This document shows positions 1 through 13,800 of a stretch of DNA of 64,000 nucleotides, piece by piece. The translations under genes were made by a program, and so were the position numbers. Below the pieces are notes generated by a model that did not search any database, had not been told where the DNA came from, and worked only from the letters and a program-made list of their open reading frames with translations. The stretch comes from Phoronis australis (taxonomy: Eukaryota; Animalia; Phoronida): contig NMRA01000725.1 of NCBI GenBank assembly GCA_002633005.1, positions 1 through 64,000 of the forward strand, in the 5' to 3' direction. Every line of letters begins with the position of its first letter. Position 1 is the stretch's first letter.

Positions 1-3000
1 AAAATCGGATCGTGTTAAATCAGGTCTTATTTTTTGTATTAAACTGCTGCCTGAATGGAACTATTTCGTTTTTTTTATTCCTAAACGTTTGTCATTTTTA
101 TCTTATCTTCCTCAGTCTGACTAGCCGGTGTTGCACTCAGTGAAACTGTGGGTATAGATTATACGTGGAATTATACCGATGCATATCACTTTGAGAGGAT
201 TATACGACACAAAATACTGTTTAAAATGATATCACTTCAACAGGTATGACGATCTAATCGGTCAAATAATGTTTATATGGTATACTGTAGATGATATTTT
301 TATGAAACGATTTCATAATATACATCCCAAAATCACCTTCTCGAAGAACTGAAAAACTCATTCCTAGGTTTTCTTTTGGATATCGCTTGAAGTGAATCAC
401 ATTGATTTTATATTGTTTGATCTCACAATTATTGACGTAAACCCCATTTTCAATAATTCAAAACTTACATATGCTGAAACCGGATAAAATTAGACAATGT
501 AGAAACAGGTAAAACACTTTAAAAATCCAGTAAAATATTCAGAAAAAATAACTAACGAGCAGCACTAATCGATGACTGAAATTTCTGAAGGAAGCTTGAG
601 GTCTTGTCCGGAAGGATGTGATTCTCATCAGATAACAAAAAATGAGTATGCCATGATAAAAAGTATTCATCTGATTGACCTGCTTTCCGACTGTCGTCTG
701 CTAAACATTTTTTCTGCGTCATATTCCAAAACTCCTTGTCAGAAATGCTGTGATATCATACAATGTTTCAACTGCCGAGCCAAAAAGGTTTCAATGAATT
801 GTGATGGAATGCTCCTTGAAGGGAAATTTCATATTTTTTGCGAGAATTTAGAACAGAAATTCCTTGTGTTACGTTTACAGTATGAGCCCTTTTACATCGC
901 TGCGTATGCCCTCAAGATCAAAGTAACTTTAACGGGCCGATTATTGAATAACTTCGGAAATAAATACCAATGTTTATTATGCATAATAAAATATTGAAGG
1001 AGTTGCGTATGTACCCATTGTAGTTGAGTGAAATAAATCGACAAGTTATATAAATTGTTGTACACAAAATTTGAATGAAGTTGACCCCGAGGCATGAGGC
1101 AGTTTCTAATCTTATTATGCGTGTAATAAGAATGTTTATTTTATTAAATCAATGAGCTTGAAATTTCATAAACATAAAAGAATAAAGACTTGTTATATGT
1201 TACCTTTATTGACAGTTAAAATACTCAAAAGAAACCAGTACTTATGGTCGACTAAACGTTTTAAAGACGTCTCCAAGGAAACTCAATGCTAATCGTCAAA
1301 GAGGGAGTTATATTTCAGTTTGTGTAGAGAACGTATTAGCATTATGGCAAAATCTTAAGAATTAAGGGCACACAATGGCTACAGCTGAAATTTTATTTTC
1401 CATTTTTTGAATAAAATATATTATACTACATTGATATTTTACTAAATTCAAGTTTTTGTTTGATATCTACCGACATGCAAAATTTGGTGCTATTGTTTCC
1501 GAAACTTATGTGATCTTACCGTGTCTTGGAAAGACCCCGTTGGTTACACGAGGTTTTATTCAAAGCATTTTTTCGAACGAGCATGTTGTCTATATTGTCG
1601 CAGTTTATCTCCCCTGTTAAATAACAGTTTCTTAAAACGAAGATAATTTGATAGAGTACTTAACTGAAGACCCTCCTCATCATAAGAGGGGGGGGGGGGG
1701 GGGCATTTNCATTTTGCGAGCTTAATGTTCCAATAAACAAAAATATAAGACTGTTAGCGTCAGCATGCGGCTCCATATGGCGCGATTTAGAAACAGAGGA
1801 CTTTGTGTATCACAAAACAATCTCACACTGAGTTGTATCAAATTTAAGGTTAGTAAAAAAAAAATTGAGAATCACAACTGCCTGGGTGCGGTCCACAGGG
1901 GAGAAGCAGGGTCCAAGTCAACTGATCGTCCGCGCATTGTAATGGAGTACTATAATGTACCATTAATTCTGACCATGATCCTGAATTCGCCACTTCAGTC
2001 ACGGACAAATGCTTCATCACATGATCTCTGAAGCCTCTGGTTGTCAAATGCTGTACGAATTTGATTCAGTCGGCAAGGACATCACATTTGTATATCTAGG
2101 AATTTCATGTCACAACTTAATCTCTCGAATGAATAAATTAGTCCATTTACACGCAGTTGCTGGGACTTCGCCATACGTAAATCGGTATATCACCTATAAG
2201 AGTAGTTGACACTGAGATAAACCGAGAACTCTAATATTTGTCAGGGTCTTCACGGGTTGATGACAGCGGTTGTGAAAATCACATAAGCGACTTCGACCAG
2301 ATGAGGTCACTGGGTGTTCCGTGATCTTGCTTTACACAATCAGTTTATTTAAAATGAAACTAAATCTGAATATTTGGTCTATTAACAGATGTTATATATG
2401 ACTTGTTCATTCAAATCTTTAAAATTAAACAATGCCTTGTTGATGATGTCAAGTCTCATAAGTCTACTGAACCGGCAAGTGTGTGACTAACGCTTTAGGC
2501 TAGTTTCATGACCACTTCGGGAAAGACAACCTACTTCAATACACGTACAGTGGGAAAGTGTCTTGGTTTAACACAGATTTTCTCACTAAGCTGAAGTAAC
2601 AGCTAAAGGGGCAGGTCACAAAACCGTGTGTACGTTCTGCAGACGTGAGAATCTGGCCACTATGAGCAAAGCACGTGATCACACTAGCTTCCTAAGCGAG
2701 ATTCTTGTGTGTGCGGAACTATTCCCGGGTTTTGGTGAACACCCCAAAAGAGGGCGGTATTATACACTTTCAAACAGTGAAGTCAAGAAATATGCTGAAT
2801 TTACGCATGTCAAAAAGGGGTGTTACATGATATTGTGGGATTCAGCTACATGTACCAGTTGGTAAAGAAGAATATTCTCCCAGTTACGGAAACGCTATTG
2901 GTAGAATTCCCTCTGTGTGTTGTCCCCTTCCACGGAGCTCCCTTCGGTTCAAGTGGGGACTGAATAAAGCCTTTTGATTAATTTGCATGTAGCTCTTACT

Positions 3001-4500
3001 GGTCGGGAAAGCCAAAGATATCCTTTCCTTCCATCACTGAAAACAACAATGCGTTCTACTTCTTGAGACTCCTTAGTACTTGTTTTGAGGTGGACCTCTT
3101 TGCATAAAAATGGGAACGAAGGTGTCTCAATGTTTTGCACCGCAAAATGTGCCATGCAACTTTGTTCCCATTTTAGACGAAATTCAAAACAGAATAAAAT
3201 ATCTTTACTTGTGATTTTTTATGCATCTTAGCCTATAGTTCATTCCCCACCCAGTGATTAAGCGAACTAAGGCACTATGTTCTTGACACTTAAAAACCCC
3301 TTAAATTCTGCATGTATATTGTCTGGCAATGGCAGGACATTTTTGAAACCGATTTTCTGACGTAATCAAAATGACCCGGGCTTGATTTCCATTTAAGTGG
3401 GACATCTGCTACGAAGGAATATTTCTCTCTGTCAGGTGCCTCACAAAGCTTGAACGTAGAAAGTTTCTATCAACAATATTTTGGTGTTAAAGCATAAGAT
3501 TTCTTCATCAATGCGTTTGCAGTCTTATCCTTTATTTGAATTGAAGTTGATTATATTATAAATCCCCAGACTTAATGCTACTTCTGGCAAATGTATTGTG
3601 AATAGAGTACTAAATCCTGCGCGGATGGTTTCAAACACTCCTCGTTCTATCACTTGCTTATCCCACTTGAGTGATAGAAGCAGGATTCAACTAAAAAATC
3701 ACTCTCTCAGTGTCACGGGTTGGATGTTTTCGTTTTTAGTGAGTGGCCGGTCTTCAGTCGTGTTACTCTAATCACACATGTAGAACTCTATCCCTAATGG
3801 AATCTCGCGGCCGCTGAGGTTGCGCCGCGTATGCGTGCGAATTGTTTGCATTCTTTTGCTGCGATGTGTGTACTTGCTATGGGCTTTATCCCATAAGCGT
3901 TGAATTTGTGGAGGAAAATACGGCCATGTAATAATTTTTTTTCCGTATTCTCCTCCCGCACTACTTTAACAGTGACCTCTGACATCGAAAGTTCAAAAGG
4001 TAGGGCAATGTCAACTCGACGTCGTTAGCTGATTAGATCATCAAACATTCCGAAAATAATTTAAAGTGATACAATTGCAGCAGTGTAAATAACACTCAAC
4101 ATGCAAACAGGTCTCAATCGTAACATCTGGAACAGGACTGTTTATTGTAGGACAGTTCTGTCTCAGATTTCATTTGCTAAATATATCGTCTGCAACTCAG
4201 GCGCCGATTCCTCGGTAACTAGCCTACAATATCAAATATTGTTGTTATTTAATTATTTTCATGAGATGTTACTAGTTCAGTGCTAAGTTGCTGTTGGTTT
4301 CCTCTCTGTTATCTCTTTTCAAGTAATATATTGTTACATTGAAAACTGTTTCTTTTACTAGAGAAAACTTGCAACCTACATACATATAGGATGTGATCCA
4401 CAACGTGAACAGTCTGAGTGAAGTATTCCGAAAATCTGCGGAAAAAATGAGACAAACTTAGGAATTTGAAGCGTATGGGATAAATACAAAACGTACCTCG

Positions 4501-4622
4501 AATGGCGTACATGAAGTATTATCCCACTCGACATTATTCCGCGTATCGACGGAGACCGAAGGTCGAGGTCCATACGCGAAACAATGTCTCGTGTCGTGGG
4601 ATATTACTTCATGTACGCCATT
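4501..4622. repeat. ~120-bp imperfect palindrome (foldback/MITE-like) with central GACC-GAA-GGTC hairpin
   Basis: AATGGCGTACATGAAGTATTATCCCAC at 4501 pairs with GTGGGATATTACTTCATGTACGCCATT ending at 4622 (1 mismatch in 27). The inner arms GACATTATTCCGCGTAT and ATACGCGAAACAATGTC also pair. Confidence 0.85.
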
Positions 4623-7060
4623 GTCACTTATTTCCGTTAAAAACAAACACCACGGCGGTATTCAGCTGGAAAAAAAAACAACCAAGTACGGTTTTCGATT
4701 TTTAATAATCGATGAACTTATAATCTAAAAACTACAACCATTGGGTACGATTGAAGATAAACTACCGCGCGTATTGATATACTCGGTGGATATACAAACG
4801 CTGATCAGAGTTAACAATATCACATGGATTCATTTTTTAATATTCTTTCAATCTCGTTAAACCAGATTTTTGACCAGGAAACAGTTGCACTTAACTTGTG
4901 CCCACTTTTCATTTTTTCTTACTGACAAAGAGCAAGAATAGTTATATAGTCAGTGACACCGAAATTGTCCAGAGATTCTAAATCTTCAGTTCGGTTATCA
5001 CCATATTTGCACTTTTGGATATATTTTATGATTTGAATTCTAATAAAGATTAAATTATAATGACACGTGAAATGTTTAGTGTACCTGCAATGTGGAAAGT
5101 TCAGGGATGGGCTCACAATGAACTAAACTAATAAAGTTTCGCTGGCGATCAAAATCTACCACTGTTTTGGTACTTTAAGTTTAAAAGTTAGATAAAAAGT
5201 TATCAACCCCTTCCCGGTAAGAAAAAAAAACAAGTGAGTTGCAGGCTGTAACTCTGAAAATGTCAGAGAAAACCAAATTGGGGGTACTTACAACAACCAT
5301 TGTTGAGGCAGTAATGCCAGCTATTACCTTCCACTTCATTAGCTCAGATCCACATCATTACAAAGGGCGCGCTGAATAGGCATCGTAACGCTGTCTGGGG
5401 CTAAGGGAATCTGAGCGGTGACCAGTGTAAGGGAGAAATTCTCCACATGCTGTCAGTTCTTGATGATTATACCAGAATCACAACATACATCATTTAATTA
5501 CCATTTCGCATACCTGACTGCTTTAAAAATCTTTTAATCCTGTTTAACTTCTACCAAAATGCGAAAAATAACAGCGTGTAATAGTAACATAAAAGAGGAA
5601 ATGAACCAGAGAGGTTATATGAATGCTAGTTAAGCCATTAGGGAAATGATTTCAATGATTCAAAAGATTTCTACCGTATAAAGACAAAGGTTTTAGAATA
5701 CGGATCCATCACACTTGCTGTGGTTAATTTAGTCAAGCGTTCATCCAAAATTTTATATATTTATATATCATAACTAATTGGACCTTTGGTGCCGTTTGTG
5801 ACAATCACATTCTTGAGTAAAAAATCAGATTCCAGTTATCTTTACTAAAATGCGACAAATTACTCCGAGTATCTATCCAAAATTTGCAGATAAAGGATCT
5901 CTGATAGACAAAAAATCGGCAAACATCTGTCACGTAGCTTTGAAATGCACTGTGGATAGTTCTTCACATTGGTTGCAGAGTAAGACTTTTCGTATATCTT
6001 TTCTTCAGAATGAAAAAGTTCAGTGATCCCGATACATGCAGTGTATTTCATTGAAAACAAGAGACAATACAACACATTTTTACGATTGTTATGTTACAAA
6101 AATGGACTCTGAAAAATAACAACATTCATAAAAAGAGACAAAGGTATTTTGAACACCTGTTGCATTATTTCCACGGCCAACATTTAAGAACGAAAAACGG
6201 AACAACTGAATTGAAAAGCGGGACATCTGGGTCTAAGCCAAAATATAAGTGTGAAACGTTCACTGCAGCACACAAAATTAAGACGTACCGACAGCGTTAT
6301 TTTTTTGTCGAACGGGAGACGTAAAACCCAAAATGCCTGAGGGCGTTATTGTTGTTTCTTATAGTCGGCAAATACTACTGATAACAGTAGTCATAGCTAA
6401 ATACAACAGATAACAAAGTTACCTAAACACACCTGTTTTTATGGACTAAACATTTCAGTTAGACCAAATGTAACTTCTTTCCGTAAAATACTGTAACGTA
6501 ATTTTAACACCTAAAAATGTCTTGTTGAAAAACTCCTGGCATTCAGTATGATGTTGTCGAACGTGGTTCTGCGACTCAGGAGCTGAAAAGTTATCAGGGG
6601 CCAAACTATTCCCGGCATCCACCCAAGGTAGGTGAATGACCAGTGTAATTGACAGGTTTGTTAACTAATTTTGTAGAGAAAACCCTGATTATATAGAACC
6701 GTACCTCAAGAGTATCACTTGATGAACATTAATAACAAAATGAAAATGCAGCAATGCAATTAGGTTTGATTTGATAACTACAACTCTCGATCAAAGCTCA
6801 GTCTAGCAGGTAACCGGAAATTTTCATTGCAAACTCTCGCGGCTAGTCTATGGGTGGCAAGCTCTAATAATAGAATTGGGGTCTTACGTAGGTCACATGC
6901 GGGTGTTGGCATTCCATGGCTAGAGCTCCCGTAAAGACTGATGGGCTAGGTCACGCTTGCACGTTTGACAGACTTTGTAAGGCCTTTCAAATTTGCTCCG
7001 AATGTTTGAGGGTTGTCGAAATCCACAGAGCAATACTTTGTTTCAGAGAAATGGGTATGA

Positions 7061-7146
7061 CATTGGCGGCGCATCATAGTGTGCTGCCGGGGGAGGGGCC
7101 GGGGGGTGCTATAGATCCCCACCTTTTCAGTGTTGCGCCACTAATG
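7061..7146. mobile_element. Small MITE-like element with 13-bp imperfect terminal inverted repeats
   Basis: CATTGGCGGCGCA ... TGCGCCACTAATG around a G-rich core. Confidence 0.45.
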
Positions 7147-8450
7147 TGTGAATGTCGTTTTTGAACGAGTTTGGTATCCTTCCAAAGGACGATCGAGGCA
7201 GAATTTTTTTATTATTATCAAAAATGCCCATTGTGAAATATAGATGTTTTAAGAAATGTATAAAAAAAGGTTTATTCATATGTGGTGTAGCTCCGAAAGT
7301 GACACCGAAAAATCAGACAACGTTTAAAAATATTTGTATGAACAATGCCAACTCCTGTGGTGTCAAGAAGTCCCCCATGCAACATTATTTACTACAGCAG
7401 GCCTAGATGCCGTCCCACAAACAGCACCCGTGCTTTTGCCTTCTATCGCCAATGTACCAAATGTTGCCAAATGGAAAGGATAAAGTTTTTAAAAAAATCA
7501 AAGGGTCGCGATTTAGAAAGAGTGATCTTTCTAACAAAAGGCTGCCTATGCTCATCTACAGAGGGAAACTGGCGGCGAGTGTCGTGCTTTGGCTAGTGAA
7601 TTGAACACTTTGGCAAATGACAGACCTCATGACCATGGACGTAATTAGGTTTATAGGCTCAATGTTGAGCTCTTTTTAACTTTTTGTTATCGTACATTAC
7701 ACCGTACACTAATCAATCATTCACAACTATGAAATCCCTGCTGTGTATTAAATATCGACTTGCATGTGGTCGGCTCAAATAAAGTGTGTGTGCAGCTGAA
7801 GTGTCGGTTTCATGCATAATCGTGCTCTCTGATTGGACTGAAGCAAAACTGCAAGCAACAAGTAAACAAAACCAGGAAAGAATACGTCTGTTTACAAAAA
7901 TGGATCGGATTAACGAGCAGTGAAATTGTTGTACAAAAAGCCACACAAAAAACTCTTATACTAATGCAATGCCAGAGAAAAGATTTTCAAGTTGGATTCT
8001 GACAAAGATGAGCAAAGATGATGTCCATTTTACGGCAACTTGTCAATACAGATTTGTACAGGTCCTGCTGTTGCCAAAGTACCTTTTCATTAACAGGAAA
8101 TCCAACTAATGGTCCTATTATGTGAAGTAAATAAATTACCGCCTTTGCGATGACTAAAATAAATTGATATATAGGAAACTAAAACTGAGAATTTCTAGAA
8201 TTGTTTCGCTTCTGAAATTGAATCACTTGTAAAAGGATCATTTTACCCAAAGTAATACAAAAAAGGTTGACGAATGGCTGTAACTCTATTATCCGTGGTA
8301 GACAATGGATCCGTGTGTAGTGAAACCGCAAAAAGACCACGGGAACTCTTAACACTGGACAAGATTGATGTCTTGATTTATTTTCGAGTAAGACATCACA
8401 ATCGTTTGAAGTTGAAACGAAGGCTTTTGCAATGATTTCAGTGCGATTCC

Positions 8451-8507
8451 CTACGATTCACTACGACTCAATACGATTCACTACGACTCAATACGATTCA
8501 CTACGAT
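8451..8507. repeat. Minisatellite, 10-bp units (C/A)TACGA(T/C)TCA with 20-bp higher-order period
   Basis: ctacgattca ctacgactca atacgattca ctacgactca atacgattca ctacgat. Confidence 0.9.
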
Positions 8508-10720
8508 AGCTTGCGAGTTTGAACTATTTTTGGAGACATCAATGTTGAGCGCTTGGTACAAAGTTAATAAACCAGAGTTTCGACACCTGTCAGTTCGTCA
8601 GGCTTTTGTGACCAATGCCTGGGTTCTAATCTTTTTACTCGAAATGGAACTCGGAATTATGTTTGGCGTTTTCTACTCTACTTTTGTGTGAACTCAAGAT
8701 AAATGTCTATTATTCTATGCTGGAGTACATAATGACTTACGTGGACAATTTTTTTTAGGTTTGCAGTTGATAAACTCAACATTAAGGCTTTTACTTGAGT
8801 TTCTAGCACGAATACAAGTGTCAAAAAGTGCAAACATGGACTTGCAACTCATATGCGTAAATTATAATGTATTCGAGCACAGTCTAATAACCAATTATCT
8901 TGAGTTGAATTGCTAAAAATAAATTTAGAGTTCGTTTCGAGTACAGCCCTGGTCTTACAAGAACGGGTCCCCGCGTGGCGACGAAGCCGCCGGGCTGGGC
9001 AACATGTAGCTTAATGGACAACCGAACGACTGATATTACACTTGACGGGGTGATACGCGTTTTGGTCATGGTTACCGGTTGGTCTGAAAAAAGACATCGT
9101 TTTTAACTAGGCTGGTAAACCGTTGATGCGTATGTACTCCGGCAGGAGGCCTATTGAGTTTCAAATAAGTGCAAAGTATCGTAACTGCAATCCTGTCACA
9201 CAAAGTTCACAGCTATTTGATCGTTTGACCAATCAGCTTTCCCTAACTAGCCGTAATGCTATAAGAACTGCAGATCATCAAAAACGAAATCTTTATCGGT
9301 TATGAATTTTTAGTAATGGCAAGTATTAATTCCCACGACGGTGCGGTGTGCAGCTCGAGCCACCGGGAACACTCGCGGTAACGGCCAGCTAAGATGGCAT
9401 GCGGCTATCAAAACCGTTCAAGCAAAGCACTTGGCCGGCCTCCGGTCTAGTGAATGCACACGAAATTCTTCACTTGCGCAATATGATTCCCTCTTTTGCG
9501 GGAGCACATTTCCCACTCACGGACCAATTTTTCTCGTCTCGTCACCATTCCATTGCTAGCCATCCCAGCGCTCGGACCAACTTGTCTCACGGCGACACAT
9601 ATTAGCCTCACACCCCGATGCCATTTCAACTCAGTGCTCGCCGACGAGCTCTTCGACCGAGCTGCTGAATTATAGTTACTTTCGTGTCTGATACCTGGGA
9701 GTATAGTTCTAGCCGTTACTGATTCATGTTTTAAATAAACAGGTTGAATCGGGAACTAAATCAAATAAAAACTATTTTTCTGCTCTCATTTAGTGTAGCG
9801 GCTGTTTTGCCAAAATCGCCAGTCGGGAATTGGCGGGAATGTGCAAGCAGTTGATTTGTGCGTAAAAGTTTCTATCAGTTTATATACAGTGGCCCGAGAG
9901 AATGGAGCGGTGTGTGAGAGAATAAAATTTCGCGGGCACTGAACTGAAGGAATTTGCGCGTGAACAAGGTGCACCGTGCCACTAGCAAAGCGATATATCC
10001 GCGAGACGGCGTGACTCAGTGAAAGGGGCCTAGTGGTCGGTTACATTTTTCAAATATAGTTTCCTAAATCATTTTGCGTATTTGTGCCTTTATTAATTTA
10101 CTCAGGCGAAATATTTTTCTGTCATTTCATTACAATTAGCTTCTCTTTGACTAGCGGCACACTAAAACTGAGCCCTGAGTTCATTGAAAACATATATGGA
10201 CTCAGTCCTGAAACTGTGTTAACTGTTGGCAGATGCCGGGAAAAGTTCCTTATTTGGATAATATTGAAAATTCAACGTGGAATTACTTCACTCTAGATTT
10301 GTATCCAAATGTTGATTTGGGTACAGGAGGGGGAATATGTGTCCATGAGAGGGTAATGGCGTGTGAGGGAAGAATTTCGTGCGCACTCATTGGTAGGCAG
10401 GTAAGTCTAGTGCTTCGTAGTGTCTTGCCTATCGGACATGAATATACTAATATGATGTATGTGGTCTTGCCACTAAAACTCGCAGTCTTCCATATTTGAC
10501 AGTGGCGCCCTCTATCGGGCAATAAAAACTTTTTATAAATGTTTGACCTACTGACCTTAGAATGTAAATCGCTACGCAAAGTTGAAAGATTGCTTAATAT
10601 CAACGACACCAAAATTTGTTGGAGCTGGCCAGTGTTCCGAAATTTCCAGATTACATTATATGAATAGCTAAGACACACATTCACGTTCTAAAACTTAATT
10701 AGTTTGAAGTTGGTCTCAAC

Positions 10721-10735
10721 GTTGCTCGCGGAAAC
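10721..10735 (+). promoter_or_regulatory. RFX X-box-like element upstream of the LRR gene
   Basis: GTTGCTCGCGGAAAC lies ~70 bp upstream of the ATG and resembles the GTNRCY-N0-3-RGYAAC X-box. A half-site, GTTACCATG, overlaps the ATG at 10798-10806. Confidence 0.5.
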
Positions 10736-10803
10736 ACAATTTTCAGGCACCGTAAACAGTCCGCAACCCAAACATTGAAGATGGAACTCAGGATGGCGTT
10801 ACC

Positions 10804-10821
10804 ATGCGGTTGACCACTCAG
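10804..10821 (+). CDS. LRR gene coding exon 1 (MRLTTQ)
   Basis: ATG CGG TTG ACC ACT CAG|gtttgt, phase 0, followed by an 86-nt intron. Confidence 0.75.
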
Positions 10822-13800
10822 GTTTGTAAATGATTTTTGCACGGAATGCTGTGACATTGTACTCTGATAACTCGTCAAAGTTTCTTACTACGATTATCGT
10901 ATTTCAGGTTATCCGTTCCAGAGCGAAAGAGCCACTGCAAGTGGTGGAGTATTTGGACCTTTCCAGTTTGGAAATCGGTGAGTACGATGATTTGATTTGA
11001 GTAGGCCTACGGTCGAAGACAACTGCCGGTGAATTTGCCGATAGGTAATAATAAGTGACATATTCATGCCAGATTCTAAAAAATCTTACATTCATGTGTT
11101 CTCTGGTGACTAATTTCGCATGAATTTCACTTAACAAGCGTCGTTTCGTCGGTCGAGTTGTTTTTCAATCGACTAAACGCTCACTCGACAGTTTGCGAAT
11201 TGACAGCCCTCTGGTGGTAGGAGTCACACTCTTGTCCACAGTGTGACATATAAGTGATTACGGTGTGTGCATCTGACACAAACTTAGTGAATATATTTTG
11301 TTCCGAAAGTACGAACGTAACAGAATAAAGACTGTGAACTATGAAAAGTGTCGTGCGTTTAATAAATTCAATATATGCTAAATTGATGTGCATTGTACTT
11401 TGACAGACAGGTGAAATATGTGCATCAAATTTTCATTATTAGTGAAAAGTCCAATCCGATAGTTGCCAACTTGTACCGCTTTTGGAAGCTGTGTACTGCA
11501 GCATCATCATCAAAGTGTTGCGCTTTCCCTGAACAATATTTGCACTTGCTGTAATGCTAATGTATAGCTGCTCACACTGTCAACTCCAGTTCCTTTTGAT
11601 AACACATTTCACTTCAAATCAAAACAAATAACATAGTCTACAGACAGCTCCCCTTGTGGTATCATGCTTTTTCATTTTGGAATCTTGTCAGATGTGAATC
11701 ATAGAGTGCAATACATGGATGGCCAATGCTGTTTGCCTTCAATGCACAAGATCTGTGATGTTGCGCACAACCTGCAATGTCACAATCTTGAACCAGCACC
11801 ACCTATGCTGTGCCAGGCTCAGGAACGACAACAACACTAGTCACTAGGGGCGGTTAGCCAGTTTTATTTCCTGCATGTACATCTGCTGATTATTGTTTGT
11901 TGGTAGTTGTAGCTTGAATTTTGCATGCTATGAACATTCCCACTAAATAAAATTGGTTCTAACCCCGGTGTTTAAGGTAAACGGCGGGGTATGGAAAATT
12001 GAACTAGACCGTATTTATCCACCTTGGCTGAGACGCGCTCGGCTCATGCTCAAAGGGATGCCGCCAAGCTGCTCTATTCATCGAGTCACGAGCGAGGATA
12101 ATTGACTTCGCTCATGCGGATATGATCAGCTGATTACAGTCTAGCCTAACAACTGTACTTTTTATGGAGAGAATTTTACGTAGTTTTTACTGTAATATTT
12201 GAAAAGAGGAGCGAAAACAAATACGAATACAACTTTGAATTTTTCAAATCGGCCCAGGATAAGAGATTTTGCAACACAGAAACACTCACGATTACTTTCA
12301 TTCGGCGCGCACGAATACAAAAATATAGGACCCAAGTTAGGATTGTATAAATGTAGAACTACTCCGTGTGTTATTTAGGTTTTGGAAAAAATGCATTTTA
12401 ATACTCAAAATACGTTTTGTATAGCTATTACAAGCTCTAAAACGACTTTGTGTAATTTCATTGAGATCGTTCTTTGTCATCCGTCAAACCGGAAACTTCC
12501 GAGATGTGACTCTGCGAGCGCACTCACCTTGCACGTTACAGCCGTTTAAGTGAAAAACAATCTAGTAAACGCCATTTTCTTGCATAATCCTCCGCCTTTT
12601 GTAACAAAAAAGTCTATCGTCGATGACCCGCACACGCACGCTCACTCACTCTCATACGCAGACGACCTTCAAAACAAACGTCACGTGACAACAACATGTG
12701 TGTTCATCCAGAGATTTTTCTCGTGTTGTGGAGTACGATGTAGCGCACATTTGGACTTAATCGCAATTAATCTGGACTCCACAGGAACTTTAAAAATTGT
12801 AAAACATCAGGAAGATTTCAGGTAATTTGTTGAGTCGAAACTATATTTTTATTCAAGAGTACAAGTTTTCCTATTGACGATCGCGATTCAGCGACGCATC
12901 AGTCGGCAAGTTTTCGCCCTGTGATGAGCACAATTTTTTGAAAAATTATCGTAATTTAACAACGGAAGTTGATAGCAATGCACCACAATTTTGTAGAAAG
13001 GCTGTCATAGGCTACAAATACGTCACAGAGCGTAAATTTGATGAATCCTAGCTTCCGATTTTACCCGTTTGGGAAACCGGGTTTCAACTGCCGTAGGCTC
13101 ACTACAATAAGCGTCCCCTCCCCGTGAAATGAATTTTTCTAAGCGTTTGTTTGAGCCAATACAGTATACAGCTTTCCACCAAGGCTAGGTGATGCAAGAC
13201 ATTATTACTTGTTCTTTGTTGCATTATAGTAACTGGTCTTGGCTAATTATCATTTTATGGCCTGGTCATCCATTCAGCCCAAAGTAGTTCCAGAGGTGGC
13301 TTATCAGCCAATTATTCACGCATGCTGACTCACAATAGAAGCCTGATAAGAGTGAAGGTGGATAAATGGGATGTTCCTACAGTTTCTTGTTTTAGTGGAT
13401 GTGTTCACGACATGTGCATGTACACTTCCTGAACTATTGTCAAAAATGCTCAGCAAGAACTCTACAAATGGAAGACGAAGCTGAGTGGCGAAATTAAGTG
13501 ACACTGCCTCCAGGAATTTTATAAGAAAATATTGTGAATTTTTGTGTATTTGCACATGCATTTGTTGATTTTTGCTTGGGATTTTCAATGTCAAAAACAT
13601 TATCCTATATAGATCACTCACATTGCGAACTTGTACTCAATCGTACCAGAAGTAATTTATGGCTTTAAGTATAATTGATTGCTAAGGCTGAATTGAAAAG
13701 TTGGGTTTGACCGGTGGTTATTTTATGTGCCGAAAGTGAAATGGCTATACTTCAAGTTGGGAAAAGTTAAACTAGGACTATGTTTAGAACTCTCCTGAGT

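Noticed and set aside
572-997. 141-aa Cys-containing ORF, and most other short track ORFs
   Set aside because: No motifs, and the composition is typical of AT-rich non-coding DNA; expected by chance.
8451-8507. Regular short repeats as a CRISPR array
   Set aside because: Contiguous 10-bp units with no spacers, no cas genes, and a eukaryotic context.
12550-12825. ORF with E-box GTCACGTGAC and donor AG|gtaatt as first exon/promoter
   Set aside because: It lies inside the 12142-13187 repeat, is homologous to the 55-57 kb copies, and has no in-frame ATG.
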